In this document: positions 28,737 through 36,876 of the stretch, piece by piece | How positions within the stretch are numbered: position 1 is the stretch's first letter | Layout of the letters: each line of letters starts with the position of its first letter | DNA from: an uncultured Verrucomicrobiales bacterium | GTDB lineage: Bacteria; Verrucomicrobiota; Verrucomicrobiia; Verrucomicrobiales; DEV007 | Assembly (NCBI GenBank): GCA_938091905.1 | Contig: CALKOM010000029.1 | Span: 1 to 46,127 of the forward strand | DNA length: 46,127 nucleotides | Direction of reading: 5' to 3' | Position numbers and translations under genes: made by a program | The notes under the pieces: generated by a model | Database searches by the model: none | The model's input: the letters and a program-made list of their open reading frames with translations, nothing else | What the model was told of the DNA's origin: nothing

Positions 28737-31700
28737 CTAGGGTTTTAGAAAGATTTCGTCCAAGTTGAGGATCACGTTGCTGACTACTGCCCAGGAAGCG
28801 AGGGCGACGAGATCACTGCCTTCCGGTGCGGGACCAATCGGGTCCGTGGCGAGTGGGAGGGCGCGATCAGGCTCTTGTTTCAGGCGTTCGTAGGTCTTGT
28901 TGTAGAGATTGGCGAGCGATTGGCGTTCCGAATCTTTCGATGGCCGTGATAGGCACTTCCAGATGGCTTGGTCGACGGTGTCCTCTGGGGAGAGGTCTTT
29001 CGCGGCGAGCTTTCGCGCGAGTGATTGCGCGGCTTCCATGAAGACCGGGTCGTTCAGCGTGACGAGTGCTTGTAGAGGGGTGTTCGTACGGTCACGACGC
29101 ACAACACACACCTCGCGATTGGGGGCGTCGAAAGTCGCCATCGAGGGATACGGGTTCGAGCGTCGCCAAGTGGTGTAGAGGCCGCGGCGATACTGGTCTT
29201 CACCTTCACTGACTTTCCAATCAATCCCACCGCCAAAGGCAGCACTTAGGCCAATTTTAGGTTGGCGCGGATTGACGGGTGGCCCGTGCATCTTCTTGCT
29301 GAGCAAACCGCTCACCTGGAGAGCTTGGTCTCGAACCATTTCCGCACTGAGTCGGAACCTTGGCCCACGGGCGAGAAGACGATTGTCAGGATCGCGTTCC
29401 AGTTGCTCAGGAGTGACCTTGCTAGACTGGCGATACGTGACCGAGGTGACCAGGTCTTTGAGAAGCGCTTTCGAATCCCAGCCGCTTTCGATGAAGCGAT
29501 TCGCTAGCCAATCTAGTAAGTGGGGATGGGAAGGGCGCTCTCCCTGAGAGCCGAACTCTTCGCTCGTGCGCACAAGGCCATAGCCAAAGATGGCTTCCCA
29601 ATAGCGGTTCACTGTGACGCGCGCGGTCAGAGGGTTCTTTGGATCGACGATCCATTCAGCCAAGGCGAGGCGATCTGGGTTCTCAACGGTCGATGGATGA
29701 AGGTCGGTGGGAAGACCAGGGGTCACCTGCTTGCCGTGGCTGCGGTAGTTGCCACGAAGGTGGATGTGCGTTTCGCGTCGCTTGTCCCCGGCCAACTCGC
29801 GCATGACGGGCACCGTTGTTGGCGGTTTCATTTCTGCAATCTTCCGGCGAAGATCTCGGATCGCTGTTTGATTCTTGACCAACTGAGGTTGGCTTAACGC
29901 GAAGGTGTCAAAGAGTTGGCGATACTCGCTCTCGTCCCGCTCTGATTTCTCTAGGATCACGCGTAAACTATGGGGCAATTCTTGCGGAGGGGGTGATTCT
30001 GTGGTGAAGGAGAGGCGGAAGTTCTCAATCCGGTGTCCCGGATAGTTCTGATGTAAGGTAACTCTGAGGGAGGGAAGAGTTACTGGTTGAGCTAGATGAA
30101 AGACAGCAGCGTGAGATCGATCCAACTGGGGCGCGATCGCCCAGCCAGATTTAATCTTTGTGTCGCCATCGATTGCTTTGGCTATGCCAAAGTCTTTCTG
30201 TGAGAATGTGGCTGAGGGTGACTTGAGCGTGATCTTCTGATGCCAATCGAGGTCAAAGTCGACTCTCTTGGGAGCTTCCTCTAATACCTGGGACCAGAGA
30301 ACTTTTTTCTCGGCGTCTAAGATCTGAACTTCTGCGCCCTTGATCCGATCTCCGGTGCCGTCTGTTCGATTCCATACCGTTAGTTTGTCTAGCGGAACGG
30401 CACTACCGAGGTTCACTTGCCACCAAGGATCGGTATCGTTGGTTCCCGTATGACTCACAGAGTGCTTGTAATAGTCGCCATCAGTATTGCCATCAATTGC
30501 TCGGCCAGCCACTGCATCTGCAAAATTGCTAGACTGGCTAGCTTTTCCGCTCAAGGCAACATTGTTTCCCAACGAAAAGGCTTCGACTTCTGCGAGTTGA
30601 AGAATCTTGTCCCTACCTTTGAGTTGGATTCTAACGAATTGTCCGTTTGGGATTTCAGGCTTAGGGCCGGTGGGATGAAGTTCGATCTCATTGAGAACAA
30701 CATTCTTGCCCTCGGGCTGGATCTCAAGCCGAAGAGCAGTGACTTTATCGGTGGTCTTAGTGTGGCACGGGACAATGATTTGCTCTGATCTTGATTGTTT
30801 GTTGGATCGGATGTTGGCGAGAGGTTGCCAAGATTTGTTTGGCATTAACTGCTGGCTTTGCCAGGCGGTGAAGGCCTCTTGTGTTTCGGAATCTACTTGG
30901 TAGAAGGCTTCTTCTTGGGTCTGTAGGTCTTGCTGCATGGACTTCTTCTTGAACTTGAAATCCTCCGTCTCCACGTTCACGAGCGGCGACTCATCGCGGC
31001 GATCAGCATCTGCGGTATTGTTGAACAGCGCGAAGACTTGGAAATACTCCTCGTGCGTGATTGGGTCGTATTTGTGAGTATGACACTGCGCGCATCCCAT
31101 CGTCGTGCCCATCCAAACAGAGAACGTTGTGCTCACGCGATCGACAACCGCGACATTGCGAAACTCTTCGTCACTGGTGCCGCCTTCGTTGTTGGTCTGT
31201 GTATTCCGATGAAAGGCGGTGGCAATGAGCTGGTCTTGTGTCGGGTTTGGCAAGAGATCGCCAGCAAGTTGTTCCCGGGTAAAGACGTCGAATGGTTTGT
31301 TTTGATTGAATGATCGGATCACATAGTCACGATAGGCCCAAATGGTCCGCGCTGGATCGTCCGCGTAGCCTGCTGAGTCGGCATAACGCGCTAGATCTAA
31401 CCAATGACGTGCCCAGTGCTCTCCATACGCTTTCTTGTCTAACAAACCGTCGACTAAAGTTTCGTAGGCCGTGGGATCGTCGCTTTGGACGAAGGCGTTC
31501 ACTTCTTCTGCGCTCGGTGGTAGACCGGTGAGATCGAGGGCAACCCGCCGCGCCAAGTGATGGCGGTCTGCTTCTTCCGAAAGAGTTAGCCCTTCTTTCT
31601 GAAGTCGGGCGCTGATGAATCGATCGATACCGTGGTCATGAGAGGCATCGTCGATCTTCGGAGGACTGATCTTTTCACGTGGCACGTAAGCCCAATGCTT

Positions 31701-32111
31701 CGCGTAAGGAGCCCCATCTTTGATCCAACGTTTTATCAGTTCAATCTCGGCTGTTTCCAAGGGCTTGCTTGCCTTAGCCGGCGGCATGACTTCGTCTAGG
31801 TCATGGGAAGAGATCCGGGCAAGGATAGTGCTTTTGTTGGGATTCCCTGGAACGATAGCGGCGTAACCACCCAGGTCCTTGGTTGCGCCGTCGCGCGTGT
31901 CGAGGCGAAGTTCGGCTTTCCGCTCAGCCTCATCTGGACCATGGCAACGATAGCAGGAGTTTGACAGAATCGGGCGGATGTCCTCATTGAATCCAACCGG
32001 AGCCGCAATAGTGGCGGATGGAATGGCGAGGGTCAGCGTCGCGATGATGGCTAGGACCATAGCCCGACATTTATAGCTCTTAGAATGGGGGGGGACACGA
32101 GAAACTGACAC
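28737..32111 (-). CDS. Planctomycete-type cytochrome c (PSCyt1/DUF1549/DUF1553) with an inserted lectin-like domain
   Basis: IRPILSNSCYRCHGPD, HWLDLARYADS, CAQCHTHKYDPI, NPLTARVTVNRYW, TNTPLQAL. True start may be ATG 32060. Confidence 0.93.
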   Translation of the reverse strand: MSVSRVPPHSKSYKCRAMVLAIIATLTLAIPSATIAAPVGFNEDIRPILSNSCYRCHGPDEAERKAELRLDTRDGATKDLGGYAAIVPGNPNKSTILARISSHDLDEVMPPAKASKPLETAEIELIKRWIKDGAPYAKHWAYVPREKISPPKIDDASHDHGIDRFISARLQKEGLTLSEEADRHHLARRVALDLTGLPPSAEEVNAFVQSDDPTAYETLVDGLLDKKAYGEHWARHWLDLARYADSAGYADDPARTIWAYRDYVIRSFNQNKPFDVFTREQLAGDLLPNPTQDQLIATAFHRNTQTNNEGGTSDEEFRNVAVVDRVSTTFSVWMGTTMGCAQCHTHKYDPITHEEYFQVFALFNNTADADRRDESPLVNVETEDFKFKKKSMQQDLQTQEEAFYQVDSETQEAFTAWQSQQLMPNKSWQPLANIRSNKQSRSEQIIVPCHTKTTDKVTALRLEIQPEGKNVVLNEIELHPTGPKPEIPNGQFVRIQLKGRDKILQLAEVEAFSLGNNVALSGKASQSSNFADAVAGRAIDGNTDGDYYKHSVSHTGTNDTDPWWQVNLGSAVPLDKLTVWNRTDGTGDRIKGAEVQILDAEKKVLWSQVLEEAPKRVDFDLDWHQKITLKSPSATFSQKDFGIAKAIDGDTKIKSGWAIAPQLDRSHAAVFHLAQPVTLPSLRVTLHQNYPGHRIENFRLSFTTESPPPQELPHSLRVILEKSERDESEYRQLFDTFALSQPQLVKNQTAIRDLRRKIAEMKPPTTVPVMRELAGDKRRETHIHLRGNYRSHGKQVTPGLPTDLHPSTVENPDRLALAEWIVDPKNPLTARVTVNRYWEAIFGYGLVRTSEEFGSQGERPSHPHLLDWLANRFIESGWDSKALLKDLVTSVTYRQSSKVTPEQLERDPDNRLLARGPRFRLSAEMVRDQALQVSGLLSKKMHGPPVNPRQPKIGLSAAFGGGIDWKVSEGEDQYRRGLYTTWRRSNPYPSMATFDAPNREVCVVRRDRTNTPLQALVTLNDPVFMEAAQSLARKLAAKDLSPEDTVDQAIWKCLSRPSKDSERQSLANLYNKTYERLKQEPDRALPLATDPIGPAPEGSDLVALASWAVVSNVILNLDEIFLKP

Positions 32112-32183
32112 GATGATTTACCAAACCCCGGTGATCGGGAATCCCCTTGCGCAGAATCGCTCAGAAGGTAACGATTTGCTCCA

Positions 32184-32864
32184 GTGAAGCTAACCCTTTC
32201 TATCTTCTCACTCTTCCTTCCCCTTGGGGCGCCGTTGGCGAGTGCTCAGGACGAGCAGACCTTGCTGCCTGAACCAAAGCAGCCTGCTCCTGTTGAAGAA
32301 GTGGTGTCTGAAGCGCCGGTGCCTGACTCGTCGGATGCGGATGTGCCGGAAACCGATGCCGATGACGTTCCAGAAACGCCGCCTTCTGGGGACGCAGAGG
32401 CTTTCTCTGTTCCTGAGCAAATGGGACTGTTCAAGGGCTATGTCGGGTCGTGGAAAGGCATGACCAAGTCAGCCATCACCGAGAAGGGAACCGAGACAGT
32501 GACGACGACGCGCGGAGAATGGACGGGCGGATTTCTTCTCGGTGGGCATGTCTTTGAGATTCGAGGTTACTCTTACGGTGAATTGGGGCGGACGCAGTAT
32601 CGATGGCAGTATACCTTTGACGCGTTGAAGGAACGCTACATGTTCGCTTACTATGATTCTCATGGGCGAACGCACTTCGCTGAGGGTAAGGTGAATCAAG
32701 AACAGACAAAGATCATCTGGCGGTTGCTTGCGCCTCCAGGAGACATGGCATGGCATTCAGAAACGGATCTTAAGGCTGAGAATGGCATCGAGATCAATGG
32801 ACGTGTCACGAGCGAAGAGTTCGACTACGACATGGTTTACACGTCGGTGTTCAAGAGATCCTAG
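32184..32864 (+). CDS. Exported DUF1579-like beta-rich protein
   Basis: Signal peptide, acidic Pro-rich linker, YVGSWKG...LGG...FD...Y...YYDSHG pattern. Confidence 0.6.
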   Translation: MKLTLSIFSLFLPLGAPLASAQDEQTLLPEPKQPAPVEEVVSEAPVPDSSDADVPETDADDVPETPPSGDAEAFSVPEQMGLFKGYVGSWKGMTKSAITEKGTETVTTTRGEWTGGFLLGGHVFEIRGYSYGELGRTQYRWQYTFDALKERYMFAYYDSHGRTHFAEGKVNQEQTKIIWRLLAPPGDMAWHSETDLKAENGIEINGRVTSEEFDYDMVYTSVFKRS

Positions 32865-32875
32865 CCAACATCACT

Positions 32876-33409
32876 ATGCTCAAGCTCATCCTCTTCTCAC
32901 TCGCACTCTTCATGTCTACCAGCTTTGCAGCCGAATCATTGAAAACGGGTGATGACGCCCCAGCCTTTGAGCTGAAAGGCAGTGACGGCAAAACTTACAA
33001 ACTCGCTGATTTCAAAGGCAAGCAAGCCGTGGTGGTTGCTTGGTTTCCCAAGGCCTTCACTGGAGGCTGAACGATGGAATGTGAGTCACTCCGTGAGAGT
33101 GGCGCTGAAATCAAGAAGTTCGACGTGGCCTACTTCACCGCAAGTTGTGATGAGGTGGAGAAGAACACTGAATTCGCGAAGAAGTTAAAGCTCGACTATC
33201 CGATTCTCAGTGATCCTGGGAAAGCGGTCGCCAAGGCTTATGGAGTCGTGACTTCTGGGCGGCCCTTTCCACATCGTTGGACGGTTTACATTAGCAAAGA
33301 CGGCAAGATTCTCGAAGTGGATCGTGAAGTGAAGATCCCTAGCGCTGGTGCGACTATTGCCAAGAAGCTGGGCGAGCATAAAGTCGCGGCAGCCAAAAAG
33401 AGTTCCTAA
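32876..33409 (+). CDS. Selenocysteine-containing peroxiredoxin (BCP/PrxQ-like, AhpC/TSA family), 177 aa, Sec65
   Basis: ORFs 32876..33070 and 33074..33409 are in frame. TGA 33068-33070 occupies the Cys position of PxxxTxxC ([13 protein letters not shown]); downstream YPILSD and HRWTVYI...G-I motifs intact; signal peptide present. Confidence 0.88.
33081..33105 (+). promoter_or_regulatory. Putative bacterial SECIS element
   Basis: Stem GTCACTC (33085-33091)/GAGTGGC (33097-33103), loop CGTGA starting 21 nt after the TGA, with G at loop position 2 followed by U. Confidence 0.7.
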
Positions 33410-33410
33410 C

Positions 33411-34550
33411 TTAGCTCTCAGTCGACCATGTTTCTTGCCCGTAATGGGTGAGGGCTTCTTGATCAAGTTCCACGCCGAGACCAGGCCCTTCTGGAACAGT
33501 GCCGTAGCTGTTTTCAAACTTGAGTGGGGTCTTCAAGAGATCATGTTCGCGAATCATCCTTCCGAAGATATCTGAGGGCAGGAGCGCTTCCTTGCTCGCG
33601 GCGCACTGGTGGAGATAGCTCGCTTCGAGGATGCCAAGATCGACTTCGGATCCGTGCCAGTAGGGTTTGCGGATAAGTTCTGCGATAGTTGCCATTTTGG
33701 ACACATTGTAGAGCCCTCCATTGAAATTGAAGTAATCGCAGGCGTCTAACTTCACGGCACGGAGAATGTCCGTGATGTGTTGGTAACCCATTTCATTGTA
33801 AGGGAGAGAAATGTGCAGGGCGATGGGGATCTCGATGCGTTGGCGTAGGTGGGCGAGGGATTCGATGTCCCAGCGAGCGATCGGATCTTCTAAGCAACGA
33901 ACATTGCCAACTTCGGCTAACTCTTGGGCCATCCGAAAGGCGGTTGGGACGTCTTCGAAACGTTGGTTAGGATCCAGAATGATCTGGAAATCTGGTCCGC
34001 AGGCATCTTTCACGGCCCCACACCAGGCGGTCACGGGATCATCTGCCGAGCACTTGAATTTGATGCAATCGTAGCCAGCATCTTGGCCCTCCTTGGCTTT
34101 GCGGGCTGCGTCTTTGATCGTTCGATGTCCTGTCCAGAAACTGCAATACACCTTGTCTCGGTAACGTCCGCCTAACAGATCACTGACAGAAACGTCATGA
34201 CAGCGTGCGTAGGCATCGACGATGGCACATTCAAACCCATCATAAACGCGGCCATAGGGGAGAGGAAGTGCTTGGATATTGATTTTCGAGAGATCAAGCC
34301 CCACCAGCGTGTTGGCAAAGGACTTCATTTGTTCGGCTGGCAAGCCCCGGTAGGACTCGCCTAGACCGAACACACCGTTATCTAGAGTGATTTGGATGAT
34401 CCACTTTGGGATCTCATCGAATTGCAAGCTCCACTCTGTCTTGCCACCGTAAGCGAGCATGTGGAGTGGCTTGTCGAATTCCGGAGAATTGATACTGTCC
34501 GGCTGAGCAGGGACCTTGACAGAGTCGAGTTGGATGCGGCGGATCTTCAT
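33411..34550 (-). CDS. Mandelate racemase / muconate lactonizing enzyme family (enolase superfamily)
   Basis: GVFGLGE, LLGGRYRDKV, IKFK, LDPNQ, LEDP, VPEGPGLGVELD. Start placed at MKIRRI (34550); the longer ORF start is a repeat artefact. Confidence 0.9.
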   Translation of the reverse strand: MKIRRIQLDSVKVPAQPDSINSPEFDKPLHMLAYGGKTEWSLQFDEIPKWIIQITLDNGVFGLGESYRGLPAEQMKSFANTLVGLDLSKINIQALPLPYGRVYDGFECAIVDAYARCHDVSVSDLLGGRYRDKVYCSFWTGHRTIKDAARKAKEGQDAGYDCIKFKCSADDPVTAWCGAVKDACGPDFQIILDPNQRFEDVPTAFRMAQELAEVGNVRCLEDPIARWDIESLAHLRQRIEIPIALHISLPYNEMGYQHITDILRAVKLDACDYFNFNGGLYNVSKMATIAELIRKPYWHGSEVDLGILEASYLHQCAASKEALLPSDIFGRMIREHDLLKTPLKFENSYGTVPEGPGLGVELDQEALTHYGQETWSTES

Positions 34551-34582
34551 ACGATGGGAGTGGGATACTGGAGGATGTCTCG

Positions 34583-34618
34583 CGCAGAGACGCAGAGACG
34601 CAGAGACGCAGAGACGCA
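34583..34618. repeat. Octamer tandem repeat (CGCAGAGA) x4.5
   Basis: Read directly; overlaps the left inverted repeat. Confidence 0.95.
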
Positions 34619-34622
34619 AGGA

Positions 34623-34977
34623 TTAAAGTTGATCGGCGAGGCGATGGAGATCGTCTTCGACGAGGCCCAGAGGGAGCTTGGCTAGTTTGATGTAAGTTAG
34701 CGTTTGATTGCGATCGGCTGGCTTCGCTTCTTCAATGGACTTGAGCTCAATCAGTAAAAGACCAATCACCACCCAATCTGCCTGAAAGCGATGATCGATG
34801 ACATGACCATCCCACTCGACCGCAAGGGAAGCTTCGGCTTCTATCTGCAGCCCAGCCTTCCTGAGTTCGTCAGCGGGTATTCGCTGACAGACAGACTCAA
34901 GTAGACCCAGGCCCCAGAGCCTGATGGACCTTGACTGCGCGATCTAAGACAATGTCTGAATTTTCATTAACCTCCAC
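34623..34977 (-). pseudogene. GxxExxY protein (PD-(D/E)xK nuclease-like), frameshifted
   Basis: Manual translation: VEVNENSDIVLDRAVKVHQALGPG, +1 frameshift near 34907, LLESVCQR...FQADWVV..LLLIELKS...NQTLTYIKLAKLPLGL. GTG start with AGAGGA upstream; motif Tyr changed to Cys; the usual LINF segment is missing. Confidence 0.85.
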
Positions 34978-35039
34978 GCGTCGTATCCTCTTCGTCTCTG
35001 AGTCTCGGCGCGAGACTATAATTGAGCCGTGCGAATCGT

Positions 35040-36848
35040 CTAGGAATTGGGCGCGTCCTGCTCGTCAGTTTTCTTCTCTTTAGCGACTGATCGCACGTAG
35101 AGTTCACGCAATTGCTTGAAGTCGACGCTAGACGGACTGTCGCTCATGATGTCGACGCCCTTGTTGTTCTTGGGAAAGGCGATGACTTCACGGATGCTTT
35201 CTTCACCACAGATCAGCATGACGAGGCGATCAAATCCTAACGCAACACCGCCGTGAGGAGGGGCTCCGTAACTGAAGGCGGTAAGTATATGAGAGAACAT
35301 CGCCTCCTGCTCTTCGTCACTGATACCCAGTGCGGTGAACATCTTCTGCTGAAGCTCTTGTTCGTGAATTCGGATACTCCCGCCACCGATTTCATTGCCG
35401 TTGAGAACGACATCGTAAGCTTCAGCTCGGATATTGGCGTAATCGCCCGCCTCGAGTTTGTCCATGTCTTCCAACTTGGGGCGAGTGAAGGGGTGGTGGA
35501 CAGCATTCCATTTCTCTTCTTCCGCATCGAAAGCGAGAAGTGGAAAATCTGTGACCCAAAGGAAATCAAGATCGGTGTTGCCTTCTAGCAGGTTCTTCAA
35601 CTCAGCCACTGCGAGGCGCATGCGGCCGAGAACATCGCAGGCAGCGTCCCACTTGTCGGCGGCGAAGAGAATGAGATCGCCAGGCTCGATGTTGAGCTTG
35701 GTGCGGAGAGCCTCGATTTCTTCGTCCGTCATGCGTTTGACGAAGGGGGAACGCCAGGTCTTGCGATCGACATCGCGTGCCTGGATGTAGGCGAGGCCTT
35801 TGGCCCCGGCTTCTTGGGCGAGTTGGGTGAGCTTGTCGATCTGGCCGGTGGAAATGTCGGCAAAGCCTTTGGCGTTGATCGCTTTGACCACGCCACCGTT
35901 GGCGACCGCTCCAGAAAAAACGCGGAATTCGCAGTCCTTAAGATCTTTCGTGACGTCGATGAGCTTCATGTCAAAGCGACGATCTGGCTTGTCCGAGCCG
36001 TAAGTGTCCATCGCGGTGTGGTAGGTCAGTTGCTCGAAGGAATCTGGAATATCCACACCGAGAGCGTCTTTGAAACAACGCGCCAGCAGGCCTTCTACTA
36101 ACGAAACGATGTCCGCTTGGTCGACGAATGAAGCCTCCACATCCACCTGTGTGAATTCTGGCTGACGGTCGGCCCGCAGGTCTTCATCTCGGAAACAGCG
36201 AGCGATCTGAAAATACTTGTCCACACCAGCGACTTGCAAGAGCTGCTTGTACTGCTGAGGTGCCTGCGGCAGGGCGTAGAATTTGCCCGGATTGAGCCGG
36301 GACGGGACGAGGAAATCACGAGCACCTTCGGGTGTACTCTTAGAAAGAATCGGCGTTTCGATCTCGAGGAAGCCTTTCTCGTCGAGGAAATCGCGCGTGG
36401 CCTTGGAAACGCGGTGGCGCATTTGCAGGTTGCGTGCCAAGCGAGGGCGACGCAGGTCGAGGTAGCGATGCTTGAGGCGTAGGTCTTCGTTAGAGAGTTC
36501 CTTGTCCAGCTGGAAAGGAAGTACTTCTGCACGACTGATGACTTCGACAGTCTGCACGACGACCTCCACATCGCCGGTCTCGAGTTTGTCATTGGCCGTG
36601 CCTTCAAGGCGATCAGCCACGCGGCCTTGAATCTTGAGGACATCTTCAAATCTTAACGTGTGACTTAACTTGGCCGCCTCTTCGCTCTCTTCGGGACGGA
36701 ACACGGCCTGGGTGAGCCCTTCACGATCGCGCAGGTCGATGAAGATGACGCCGCCGTGGTCGCGGGTGGAATTGACCCAACCGCTGAGGGTGACGACTTC
36801 GCCGATGTGTTCCTTGCGGATTTCGTTGCAATGATGGGTGCGATACAT
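35040..36848 (-). CDS. aspS: Aspartate--tRNA ligase, probably non-discriminating Asp/Asn type
   Basis: MYRTH, RDHGGVIFIDLRD, TPEGARDFLVPSR, FRDEDLRADRQPEFTQ, GGGSIRIH, PPHGGVALGFDR. Confidence 0.98.
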   Translation of the reverse strand: MYRTHHCNEIRKEHIGEVVTLSGWVNSTRDHGGVIFIDLRDREGLTQAVFRPEESEEAAKLSHTLRFEDVLKIQGRVADRLEGTANDKLETGDVEVVVQTVEVISRAEVLPFQLDKELSNEDLRLKHRYLDLRRPRLARNLQMRHRVSKATRDFLDEKGFLEIETPILSKSTPEGARDFLVPSRLNPGKFYALPQAPQQYKQLLQVAGVDKYFQIARCFRDEDLRADRQPEFTQVDVEASFVDQADIVSLVEGLLARCFKDALGVDIPDSFEQLTYHTAMDTYGSDKPDRRFDMKLIDVTKDLKDCEFRVFSGAVANGGVVKAINAKGFADISTGQIDKLTQLAQEAGAKGLAYIQARDVDRKTWRSPFVKRMTDEEIEALRTKLNIEPGDLILFAADKWDAACDVLGRMRLAVAELKNLLEGNTDLDFLWVTDFPLLAFDAEEEKWNAVHHPFTRPKLEDMDKLEAGDYANIRAEAYDVVLNGNEIGGGSIRIHEQELQQKMFTALGISDEEQEAMFSHILTAFSYGAPPHGGVALGFDRLVMLICGEESIREVIAFPKNNKGVDIMSDSPSSVDFKQLRELYVRSVAKEKKTDEQDAPNS

Positions 36849-36876
36849 GAATGATAGAGTAATTGAAGAAAGTGTT

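Larger units (their letters stand above)
34577..35016. mobile_element. Putative cassette: GxxExxY gene bounded by 29-bp imperfect inverted repeats
   Basis: 34577-34605 GTCTCGCGCAGAGACGCAGAGACGCAGAG versus reverse complement of 34988-35016 GTCTCGCGCCGAGACTCAGAGACGAAGAG (26/29 identical). No target-site duplication or transposase seen; mobility is inferred. Confidence 0.5.

Noticed and set aside
33068..33070. TGA as Trp/Gly (code 4/25) or as a simple nonsense mutation
   Set aside because: TGA is a true stop in wzc, wcaJ, clsB and mnmH. The position requires Cys or Sec, and a SECIS-like hairpin follows.
34577..34618. CRISPR array (also considered for 14363-14481)
   Set aside because: Head-to-tail short repeats without spacers; no cas genes in the window.
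34551..34619. N-terminal extension MRLCVSASLRLCARH of the enolase-family ORF
   Set aside because: Translation of the octamer repeat; family similarity starts at MKIRRI (34550).
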